From contig CAXUEB010000009.1 of assembly GCA_964249775.1 (NCBI GenBank), forward strand, positions 1 to 32,832: DNA of 32,832 bases, written 5' to 3'. Each line of letters begins with the position of its first letter. Positions within the stretch are counted from its first letter, which is position 1. Source of the stretch: an uncultured Spirosoma sp. GTDB lineage: Bacteria; Bacteroidota; Bacteroidia; Cytophagales; Spirosomataceae. The notes below the pieces were generated by a model. It saw only the letters and a program-made list of their open reading frames with translations. It was not told the origin of the DNA and did not search any database. Below, piece by piece: positions 1 through 7,757 of the stretch. The position numbers and the translations under genes were made by a program.

Positions 1-2
1 AC

Positions 3-203
3 CTGAACGATTGTTTGCACCAGGCCCTCGACAAACTGCCCCGTCGGCAGCGCGAAGCCGTTCATCTTCGCTATTTTCATAATATGAGCAACGAAGAGAT
101 TTCGAGCCTAATGCAGATCAATATTCAATCGGTCTATAACCTGATTTTCGGGGCGATGAGCAATCTCAAACGTTACGTTACGCCCGAAACCGTCTCGCTT
201 TAA
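3..203 (+). CDS. ECF-type RNA polymerase sigma-70 factor, C-terminal region 4 (5' truncated by window edge)
   Basis: Frame open from window start: LNDCLHQALDKLPRRQREAVHLRYFHNMSNEEISSLMQINIQSVYNL, a typical sigma4 HTH of Bacteroidota ECF sigmas. Confidence 0.85.
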   Translation: MNDCLHQALDKLPRRQREAVHLRYFHNMSNEEISSLMQINIQSVYNLIFGAMSNLKRYVTPETVSL

Positions 204-227
204 CCCTGCCTATTCCTAAACTCGATC

Positions 228-260
228 AAAGCCCCGACGCCGTGCAGCGTTGGGGCTTTC
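228..260 (+). terminator. Intrinsic terminator after the sigma gene
   Basis: aaagccccgacgc-cgtgca-gcgttggggcttt stem-loop followed by a T-rich tail. Confidence 0.75.
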
Positions 261-346
261 TGTTGTGGCGGCCGACGGTCCGGTGACGCATGCCGGTTGC
301 GAAGCCCGTCCGGTTCGGGTAATTTCGCCGAACGTAACGTTAACCT

Positions 347-1618
347 ATGCATACCGACGCAACACCCTTACCCGAACGGGTTCGCCCGCGCACGCTCGAT
401 GAAGTCATTGGCCAACGCAAACTCATCGGCCCAATGGGGGCGCTGCGCCGGGCGGTCGATGCGGGGCGTCTGCCGTCGATGATTCTGTGGGGACCGCCCG
501 GCGTGGGCAAAACGACCCTGGCGCTCCTGCTGGCCGAAGCCGTCAACCGACCGTTCGTGGCCCTGAGTGCCATTCATGCGGGCGTCAAGGAGATTCGCGA
601 CGTACTGAGCCGCCCTTCGGGTCTGTTTCCGCCCGTAGTATTCATTGATGAGATTCACCGCTTTAACAAAGGTCAGCAGGATGCTTTGCTCGGGGCCGTT
701 GAGAAAGGTCAGATTACGCTCATCGGTGCTACCACCGAAAATCCGTCGTTTGAAGTAAACAGTGCCTTGCTGTCGCGCTGCCAGGTGTACATTCTCGAAG
801 TCCTCAGCCGCGACGAGCTAATTCAGCTCGTGGACCGGGCCATTGCGCAGGACGCATTTTTAAGGTCGAAGCGTATCACCGTCGCGTCCTACGACGCCCT
901 GCTGCGGTTGTCGGGGGGCGACGGGCGAAAGCTGCTCAACTTGCTGGAATTAGTCGCGTCGGCGCACGTGGCGGCTGAGCCATTGGTCATCACCGACGAG
1001 GGCGTTACGACCGTTGCGCAGCAAAACATTGCCCGCTACGACAAATCGGGTGAGCAGCACTACGACATTATTTCGGCGTTCATCAAGTCCCTGCGCGGCT
1101 CCGACCCCAACGCGGCCCTCTACTGGATGGCCCGGATGATCATCGCGGGCGAAGACCCGGTATTCATTGCCCGGCGAATGCTCATTCTGGCCTCGGAGGA
1201 TATTGGTAATGCCAACCCTACGGCGATGATTATTGCGTCGGAAGCGGTGCAGGCCATCAAGGCGATTGGTATGCCCGAAGGCCGAATTGTCCTTTCGCAG
1301 GTGGCCGTGTACTTGGCGACTTCGCCCAAGAGCAATGCGAGTTACGTCGCGATTGACGACGCCATTGCCTTGGCCGAGCGAACCGCCCACCTGCCCGTGC
1401 CGCTGCACCTGCGCAACGCCCCAACCAAATTGATGAAGCAGATTGGCTACGGGAAAGACTACCAGTACGCCCACGCGCACGAAGGCAACTTTGCTCAGCA
1501 GAATTTTCTACCCGATGACCTGAAAGGGCACAAGCTCTATGAACCCGGCCAAAACGCCCGCGAAGCGGAGATTCGTCGGAATTTGCAGGCGTGGTGGGGT
1601 GAGTGGTACGGGTATTGA
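347..1618 (+). CDS. rarA: Replication-associated recombination protein A (RarA/MgsA AAA+ ATPase)
   Basis: PLPERVRP, Walker A GPPGVGKT, Walker B FIDEIHRFNK, GATTENP, ISAFIKSLRGSD, SEDIGNA, PKSNA, VPLHLRNAPT. Confidence 0.96.
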   Translation: MHTDATPLPERVRPRTLDEVIGQRKLIGPMGALRRAVDAGRLPSMILWGPPGVGKTTLALLLAEAVNRPFVALSAIHAGVKEIRDVLSRPSGLFPPVVFIDEIHRFNKGQQDALLGAVEKGQITLIGATTENPSFEVNSALLSRCQVYILEVLSRDELIQLVDRAIAQDAFLRSKRITVASYDALLRLSGGDGRKLLNLLELVASAHVAAEPLVITDEGVTTVAQQNIARYDKSGEQHYDIISAFIKSLRGSDPNAALYWMARMIIAGEDPVFIARRMLILASEDIGNANPTAMIIASEAVQAIKAIGMPEGRIVLSQVAVYLATSPKSNASYVAIDDAIALAERTAHLPVPLHLRNAPTKLMKQIGYGKDYQYAHAHEGNFAQQNFLPDDLKGHKLYEPGQNAREAEIRRNLQAWWGEWYGY

Positions 1619-1620
1619 GA

Positions 1621-1752
1621 ACGCGTTCTTTGGCGAATCATTTGCTCAATTTAGCTCAAGATGCAGTCAATCCAGGTACGCACTTTCATTTAGACGAGTC
1701 TAATCCGTTGGATAAAGGATCATTGGAATTGATAATCGAAAAAATTATGTAA
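1621..1752 (+). pseudogene. 3' remnant of an Imm32-like immunity protein gene
   Basis: Hand translation TRSLANHLLNLAQDAVNPGTHFHLDESNPLDKGSLELIIEKIM* matches my recollection of the Imm32 C-terminus (SLAxHLLxLAQ..GxHxHLDExNxLxxGSxELIIEK). The frame has an upstream stop at 1600-1602, so the N-terminus is missing. Confidence 0.6.
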
Positions 1753-1790
1753 GTGCAAATATATCAGATGGTATGATTGCTATAGTGCAG

Positions 1791-2249
1791 TCAGTACCGT
1801 CTCAATGTTATAGTCCGCTGACTAATGCAACCTTGCGTTGGGCAGAGTGTATCAATACTTGTCATAGATAGAATATTGCCTTCAAGTATACCCTTGTACC
1901 GACTTAGGTAAGTGCGCTGGGACATTCCTCCATCACAGTACACACTACGGGCTTGCATCAATTTAACGGTGTCGCCGTCAAAACTGCCCGCCAATTCTGT
2001 GTTTGAATTACCTGACTGGCTAAACGAAGCCGTGACCTTCGCATTAGCAACTGTGAATCTAATTTGTACTTCACTTTTCCCTGGATACCAACCCGGCCAA
2101 TTGCACTTGCCGATTTCTTTGGTGTCGATAACACCAGCCCAAACACCATCAAGAGGTCCGCGTGGCATTAGGTCAATTTGGTTTGATTGCGTACAGCTTG
2201 CTGCACCACCTATCAGCAATAGTACCCGTAGAATGCAGGTAAATTTCAT
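1791..2249 (-). CDS. Hypothetical lipoprotein, probably a small beta-barrel (lipocalin/streptavidin-like)
   Basis: Signal peptide with lipobox GAAS-C19, a GxW motif (LDGVWAG), four further Cys in the mature part, alternating beta-strand pattern. Lies in AT-richer DNA. Confidence 0.7.
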   Translation of the reverse strand: MKFTCILRVLLLIGGAASCTQSNQIDLMPRGPLDGVWAGVIDTKEIGKCNWPGWYPGKSEVQIRFTVANAKVTASFSQSGNSNTELAGSFDGDTVKLMQARSVYCDGGMSQRTYLSRYKGILEGNILSMTSIDTLCPTQGCISQRTITLRRY

Positions 2250-2279
2250 AGTTCTTTACTTTGAGGGGTTGTACGTGTT

Positions 2280-2357
2280 GTTGTCTAATCGGTGTTGCGT
2301 GAAATAAGACACTTTGTAAGACAAAACTACTTTCTGTCTTACACACTATTAGACAAC
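2280..2357. promoter_or_regulatory. Nested inverted repeats / operator-like array upstream of the lipoprotein gene
   Basis: GTTGTCTAAT (2280-2289) / ATTAGACAAC (2348-2357) enclose TGTAAGACA (2315-2323) / TGTCTTACA (2335-2343), with an extra TAAGACA at 2305-2311. Confidence 0.5.
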
Positions 2358-2365
2358 TTTTCTCC

Positions 2366-3361
2366 TTAAAACGCCACCGCCTTCAGCCGCAGGCCGGTAT
2401 CCTCGGGCAAGCCAAACACTAAGTTCATGTTCTGCACGGCCTGACCGGACGCGCCTTTGGTCAGGTTGTCGATTACGCTCGTGATGAGCAGTTGGGCGGC
2501 ACCCCGCTCGCCGTCGTGCACTTCCAGATGCAGTAGGCACTTGTTGGTATTCACAACCTGCTTGACGTCCACCGGCGCGTCGCTGACATGCGTAAACGGA
2601 TGGCTCTCATAATAATCCGTGTACATCCGAACAGCGTCTTCGCGCGTTCCGGCGAAGGAGGTGTAAACGTTGGCCATGATGCCGCGCGTAAAGTCGCCCC
2701 GGTAGGGCACGAAGTTAATCGCGTGGCTAAAATCCGGGTCAAGCGTAGTTAGGCTCTGCCGAATTTCGGCTAAGTGCTGGTGCGTAAAGGCTTTGTAGAT
2801 CGACACGTTGTTGTTGCGCCAGGTGAAACCCGTCGTCGGCACGAGCGCCTGCCCCGCGCCGGTGCTACCCGTAATAGCGCTGACGTGTACGGTCTCCGTT
2901 AGCTTCCCGGCTTTGGCCAACGGCAGCAGCGTCAACTGAATACTGGTGGCAAAACAGCCGGGGTTGGCAATACGGGTCGCTTCCTGAATGCGCTCGCGTT
3001 GCAGTTCGGGTAATCCATACACAAAATCGCTCTGCTCGCTCCGAAAGTCGGCGCTGAGGTCGATCACCGTAATGTCGTCCGATACCTCGTGTGCGGCCAT
3101 AAACTGGGCCGACGCGCCGTGACCCGAACACAGAAATAGAGCGTCTAAGCCGTCTTGTGCCAGTAAGTCGGCCACGTCAACACCCGTAAAGGTTAGGTCG
3201 GTGTCGCCCAGCAGGTCCGTGTGCGTCGTCCAGACGGGTTTACCCGCTTGGCTATTGCTGTGCACGAACGCAATGGTTACGAACGGGTGATTCAGCAAGA
3301 TCCGTAGCAGTTCGCCACCCGTGTAGCCCGCTCCGCCAATGATACCCACGTTAATGGTCAT
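2366..3361 (-). CDS. argC: N-acetyl-gamma-glutamyl-phosphate reductase
   Basis: GIIGGAGYTGGEL, IDLSADFR, IANPGCFAT, IDNLTKGASGQAVQNMN. Confidence 0.96.
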   Translation of the reverse strand: MTINVGIIGGAGYTGGELLRILLNHPFVTIAFVHSNSQAGKPVWTTHTDLLGDTDLTFTGVDVADLLAQDGLDALFLCSGHGASAQFMAAHEVSDDITVIDLSADFRSEQSDFVYGLPELQRERIQEATRIANPGCFATSIQLTLLPLAKAGKLTETVHVSAITGSTGAGQALVPTTGFTWRNNNVSIYKAFTHQHLAEIRQSLTTLDPDFSHAINFVPYRGDFTRGIMANVYTSFAGTREDAVRMYTDYYESHPFTHVSDAPVDVKQVVNTNKCLLHLEVHDGERGAAQLLITSVIDNLTKGASGQAVQNMNLVFGLPEDTGLRLKAVAF

Positions 3362-3403
3362 GATGTTTCGTTAACCCGGTTACCGAAAGCCGAACTCCTC
3401 CGG

Positions 3404-4666
3404 TTAACTCTGTTCTAAAATACGGTTATACAACGCAACGTGTTCGCTGATGAATTTGTCCCACGAAAACAGCTTAGCCCGCTCTACCGCTTTAGTGGCT
3501 AACTCGGCCCGCACCGATGTGGAGCTAACAATTGTCAGAATGGCCTGCGCCAAGGCATCGGCGTCCGTGGGTGACACCAGCAGCGCGGCATCGCCGACCA
3601 CCTCGGGCAATGACGAAACGTTCGACGTAATCACGGGCAGGCCGCACTGCATGGCTTCCAACGGCGGCAAACCAAACCCTTCGTACAACGACGGAAACAC
3701 GAAAGCAACTGCCCCACTGTACAGAGGAGCCAGGTCTTCATCGGGTACGTAGCCGGTAAGGACTAACCGCGCGCGGAGCGCTTCACTCCGGCCCGCTTCC
3801 GCCATAATTTCGTCGAATTTCCAGCCTTTTGTGCCTACCAACACTAACCGCACGTCGGCGGGCAACTGCCGGCTTTCGACCAGTTCGCCGAAGCAACGAA
3901 TCAGGTGGGCAATGTTTTTGCGCGGCTCCAGCGTGGCAATACTCAACAAGTACGGCGCGTCGCCCACGCCGTACCGCTGCCCAACCGTCCGCAGGCGGTC
4001 GGGGTCAACGACCGGATAGAACAGGCTGGGCGAGGCCGCCAGCCGGATGGGAACGACGCGGGCCGGATCAAAACCGGTGTAGTTACAAAAATCGTCTTTG
4101 GTCGCCTGCGAAATGGTCGTTACCCAAGCGTCGGGCGGCAGCGTCGCCAGGACTTGCCGCACAGTCTGCTCACCGGCCGTGAACCACTCTGGATGCACGA
4201 TAGGAATCAAATCGTTAATGCTTTGCAGCAGGGGCATTGGCCGACCTTGTCGAATGGCATCAGGAGCCGGAAAAAACGGCGTGTGATAAACGGCTCTGGC
4301 CGGCAGGCGACTCAAATCAAAGCGGGCGTGTTCGCGGTTCAGTACCCGACGCGTTTGGTAAGTCAGTTGCCGAATGGCTTTAGTCGGCGTACTCGTTGGT
4401 GCGAACGGACGGAGCAGCGCGTTCTCCAACCGAGCGACGGTCTGCTCGCCGGGGCTGTTGACGAACGGCGGAGCCGCCGGACCGAGCGCCTGAACCACGT
4501 AACGCATGGTTTCGGGTAAGTGCGTTGGGGCCGCCAGCGACAGCGTTACGTCTTCGGCCCGGCTCAGCCCCATCATCAACTGCTCAATCACGCGGCTGAT
4601 ACCGGTGCGGGCCTGTCGGTGGTAAAACCCGATGCCCAGCGGGCTGGCGTCAAGAATTACGTTCAC
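3404..4666 (-). CDS. Glycosyltransferase family 4 (Glycos_transf_1, MtfB/WbaZ-like)
   Basis: DLIP, ISQATKDD, ATLEPRKN, FPSLYEGFGLPPLEAMQCGLPVITSNVSSLPEVVGDAA. Start placed at GTG 4666 (VNVILDAS); the ORF track extends it to 4723 through a repeat. Confidence 0.9.
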   Translation of the reverse strand: MNVILDASPLGIGFYHRQARTGISRVIEQLMMGLSRAEDVTLSLAAPTHLPETMRYVVQALGPAAPPFVNSPGEQTVARLENALLRPFAPTSTPTKAIRQLTYQTRRVLNREHARFDLSRLPARAVYHTPFFPAPDAIRQGRPMPLLQSINDLIPIVHPEWFTAGEQTVRQVLATLPPDAWVTTISQATKDDFCNYTGFDPARVVPIRLAASPSLFYPVVDPDRLRTVGQRYGVGDAPYLLSIATLEPRKNIAHLIRCFGELVESRQLPADVRLVLVGTKGWKFDEIMAEAGRSEALRARLVLTGYVPDEDLAPLYSGAVAFVFPSLYEGFGLPPLEAMQCGLPVITSNVSSLPEVVGDAALLVSPTDADALAQAILTIVSSTSVRAELATKAVERAKLFSWDKFISEHVALYNRILEQS

Positions 4667-4670
4667 AGTT

Positions 4671-4748
4671 TGAGGAGTGTGGAGTTGGAAGCCAGAATTC
4701 GTCCGGTGAACAGTTCTTCTCACTCCTCGCTTCTCGCTCCTAATTCCT
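4671..4748. repeat. Two inverted arrays of degenerate 7-mers (consensus AGGAGTG/CACTCCT)
   Basis: tgaggag tgtggag ttggaag ccagaat (4671-4698) ... ttcttct cactcct cgcttct cgctcct aattcct (4714-4748). Confidence 0.6.
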
Positions 4749-5931
4749 TAATTTTTTCGTAAATCATCACCTGATTAGACGCCACCCGCGAGAAGCCGCG
4801 CACGTCGTCGCCGGTCCAGGCGTTGTTCATCTCGCCGTAGGAACCAAATACGGGGGCCATCAGGTCGTACTTCGACTCAATGCCGAGCACTTGGAAGCGG
4901 TAGGGGGCCAGCAGCACGTGCACCCGGCCCGATACGTGCGTCTGCGTGTCGGTCAGGAACGTTTCGATGTTGCGCATGACGGGGTCCATAAATTGCCCTT
5001 CGTGGAGCATCGTGCCGTACCAGTTCGCTAATTGATCTTTCCAGTACAGTTGCCACTTGGCCAGCACGTGCTTTTCAAGCGTATGGTGTGCCTTCAGTAA
5101 AATCAGCGGGGCGGGGGCTTCAAAACCTACTCGGCCTTTGATGCCAATAATGGTGTCGCCGACGTGAATGTCGCGCCCAATGCCGAACGGTCCGGCCAGT
5201 TCAGTTAGTCTGCGAATGGCGTCGACGGGATTGTCGAACCGCTCGTCGCCCACGGACTTAATCTCACCTTGCTCAAACGTCAGCGTAATCTGTTCCGGCT
5301 CGGTCTTGGTGACGGGGGTGGGCCAGGCCGATTCGGGCAAGAACTGGTCGGAAGTCAGCGTTTCTTTGCCGCCCACTGAGGTGCCCCACAAGCCTTTGTT
5401 GATTGAGTAAGCCGCTTTGTGCCATTCCTGCTCCACACCTTTGCTTTTGAGGTACTCGATTTCGGCCTCGCGCGCGAGCCGCAGGTCGCGGATAGGCGTG
5501 ATGATTTCGGCGTCGGGAATAATAATCCGAAACGCCATGTCGAAGCGCACTTGGTCGTTGCCCGCGCCGGTGCTGCCGTGGGCAATGGCCGATGCGCCGA
5601 TCTGCTGTGCGTATTCAGCCGCGGCAATCGCCTGAAAGATGCGTTCGGCACTCACGCAGAGCGGATACGTATTGTTTTTTAGCACGTTACCGAAGATCAG
5701 ATACTTCAGACACTGCTGGTAATAAGCATCGGTTTTTGAAACCGTTACGTGCGACTTGACGCCCAGCGAATAAGCCCGTTCCTCAATCGTCCGGAGTTCG
5801 GCATCCGAGAAGCCGCCCGTATCGACCAGCACGGAATAGACTTCCATGCCGCGGTCTTCGGACAAGTATTTAACGCAGAAAGAGGTATCCAAACCTCCGC
5901 TAAAGGCAAGTACAACTTTGGATTGGGACAT
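4720..5931 (-). CDS. argG: Argininosuccinate synthase
   Basis: KVVLAFSGGLDTS, AHGSTGAGNDQVRF, IIGIKGRVGFEAPA. Start placed at ATG 5931 (MSQSKVV). Confidence 0.96.
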   Translation of the reverse strand: MSQSKVVLAFSGGLDTSFCVKYLSEDRGMEVYSVLVDTGGFSDAELRTIEERAYSLGVKSHVTVSKTDAYYQQCLKYLIFGNVLKNNTYPLCVSAERIFQAIAAAEYAQQIGASAIAHGSTGAGNDQVRFDMAFRIIIPDAEIITPIRDLRLAREAEIEYLKSKGVEQEWHKAAYSINKGLWGTSVGGKETLTSDQFLPESAWPTPVTKTEPEQITLTFEQGEIKSVGDERFDNPVDAIRRLTELAGPFGIGRDIHVGDTIIGIKGRVGFEAPAPLILLKAHHTLEKHVLAKWQLYWKDQLANWYGTMLHEGQFMDPVMRNIETFLTDTQTHVSGRVHVLLAPYRFQVLGIESKYDLMAPVFGSYGEMNNAWTGDDVRGFSRVASNQVMIYEKIKELGARSEE

Positions 5932-6214
5932 TAGACAGAAGACGCCGGACACGTAAAGGTCCGCCGATGGAGTTGGTTTTGAGGGGGCAAATATCGGGGT
6001 TCTTCGTGTAATTTAACGTATGAATCACCCACCGTACCCGTTTGACTCGATAAACTAAAACGCTGATGAAAGCTATAGAACAATGAGCGGTGTTGAGGAG
6101 AATCTAAACGGCCCTGAATCTGTCAGAATGCTCCAGCAACACCCAGTCGTTCAGCGTAAGGTTAAGAACGATCAAAGACGAGAAACAGCCTGTTTCCTGA
6201 TTCGTTGGCTGCCT

Positions 6215-7093
6215 TTACAACAATACCAGCAAACTGCCCGGCAGCACCCGCACCTCGGCCCGTCCCGTTGGCAAAATCAGTGGCTCGCCGTCGGCATGAA
6301 TCAGCAGCGGACCGTTGGTCTTGACAACCGCTTTTGTGATGGAACTGCCCCGGTAAAAAGCCGAGCGATCGAGGGTTTTGCTGAACAGCCGCCACGTTAA
6401 CAACCCCGTCATCTGCGCCGGAAACGGTCGTAGCTCGCATTGGTCCAGCCGGCCGTCGGCAATGTTGGCCTTGGGGGCCATCCACGCTCCGTTGCCAAAC
6501 TGCCCAGCGTTGGCGAAGGTCAGCGAAAACAACTCCATTTCGCCTTCCTCATTCAATTCGTACCGGTTCGGGCGGTAAGCCCAGAACGCCCGGAACGCCG
6601 TGCGCAGGTACGTTGGTAGGCCCCGCACCGCCTGCTGGGCAAACAGATGCGCCACGTAAGCCTCGAAGCCCAGTCCGGCGGTGCAGAAGAACGGGTGCTC
6701 GTTAATTTCCCCGCTGTCGATTACCACCGGCCGGCCGGCCAGCGCCCGTTCGATGGCCCGAATCGGCTTCAAGGGCAGACCCAGGTGCCGCGCCAGGCCG
6801 TTACCCGACCCAACCGGCACAATGCCTAAAGCCGTTGCCGTCCGGCGCAGCGCCCGCGCCGTTTCGTTGATCGTGCCGTCGCCCCCAATGGCCAAAACCC
6901 GGCCAATTCCGCGCTCAACGGCGTTGGTGGCTAATTCGGTGGCGTGGCCGGCGTGTTTGGTAAATGCGATTTCGGGCGTATACCCTAATGCGGTAGCTCG
7001 TTGCCGAAAAACCTCACCTACTGTTTCTTTTTGGGCCACCGGCACCGTACCCGACAACGGGTTGATGATGGCCAAAATGTCCGTTGCCGCCAC
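6215..7093 (-). CDS. Diacylglycerol/sphingosine kinase family lipid kinase (YegS/DgkB-like)
   Basis: IINPLSG, GGDGTINE, PVGSGNGLAR, ANAGQFGN, HADGE. Confidence 0.92.
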   Translation of the reverse strand: MAATDILAIINPLSGTVPVAQKETVGEVFRQRATALGYTPEIAFTKHAGHATELATNAVERGIGRVLAIGGDGTINETARALRRTATALGIVPVGSGNGLARHLGLPLKPIRAIERALAGRPVVIDSGEINEHPFFCTAGLGFEAYVAHLFAQQAVRGLPTYLRTAFRAFWAYRPNRYELNEEGEMELFSLTFANAGQFGNGAWMAPKANIADGRLDQCELRPFPAQMTGLLTWRLFSKTLDRSAFYRGSSITKAVVKTNGPLLIHADGEPLILPTGRAEVRVLPGSLLVLL

Positions 7094-7207
7094 TCAGGAG
7101 AAAAAGATAAATAGAATGATGATGAAGACAATGATAAACACGTAGTACCAGCCGTCGGAGAAAATATACGGCTTATACGCGTTGTAAAACTTTCGGATTT
7201 TATTCAT
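7094..7207 (-). CDS. Small membrane protein, 37 aa (not in ORF track)
   Basis: ATG at 7207: MNKIRKFYNAYKPYIFSDGWYYVFIIVFIIILFIFFS*. Basic N-terminus plus one TM helix; its TGA directly abuts the kinase GTG start. Confidence 0.7.
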   Translation of the reverse strand: MNKIRKFYNAYKPYIFSDGWYYVFIIVFIIILFIFFS

Positions 7208-7275
7208 GTTGGCACTTTATAGATGCTTATCCGGTAGGTAGGGTTTATTGTTGTCTTAACAAATTTTGAGCTACT

Positions 7276-7737
7276 ATGAGAGACTTTTTTCTTACGCTTC
7301 TGCTTGGTTCGTTTGTTCTGCCCGCGCTGGGGCAGTTAACCACTCCTCCTGTGTCGACCGACCGGGCGGCTGCTGACCGGCGGGCCATTCTGCTCATTCT
7401 CAAACGACAAACCGAAGACTGGAACGCGGGCCGCGTCGATAAGTTCATGAACGGCTACTGGCCGTCGGACTCGCTGACCTTCGTTGGCAAGGCGGGCATC
7501 ACCTACGGCTACCAGGCAACGCTCGCTAACTACAAAAAACGGTATCCCGACCGGGCGTCGATGGGTACGCTTAAATTCGACATTCTGCAGATGGACTTTC
7601 CCAGTCCGAACGTCGCGTATGTGATTGGTCGCTGGCACCTAACGAGGCCCAAAGTTGGCGACGCCGGTGGTCATTTCACCTTGCTGTGGCACAAAATCAA
7701 GAAACGATGGGTGATTGTCAGCGACCACAGCAGCTAA
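7276..7737 (+). CDS. NTF2/SnoaL-like DUF4440 (YybH) family exported protein
   Basis: Signal peptide; WNAGRVDKFMNGYW, GITYGYQATLANYKKRYPD, GHFTLLW, WVIVSDHSS. Confidence 0.88.
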   Translation: MRDFFLTLLLGSFVLPALGQLTTPPVSTDRAAADRRAILLILKRQTEDWNAGRVDKFMNGYWPSDSLTFVGKAGITYGYQATLANYKKRYPDRASMGTLKFDILQMDFPSPNVAYVIGRWHLTRPKVGDAGGHFTLLWHKIKKRWVIVSDHSS

Positions 7738-7757
7738 TAAGCCGCTGACAGCCGCGC

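Noticed and set aside
1912-2307. 131-aa plus-strand ORF in the AT-rich islet
   Set aside because: Antisense shadow of the lipoprotein, which has a clear signal peptide and lipobox.
6083-6485. ORFs 6083-6400 (+) and 6162-6485 (-) as real genes
   Set aside because: Both overlap the lipid kinase extensively and have no recognisable motifs; only the first codons of the plus ORF are kept as a possible relic.
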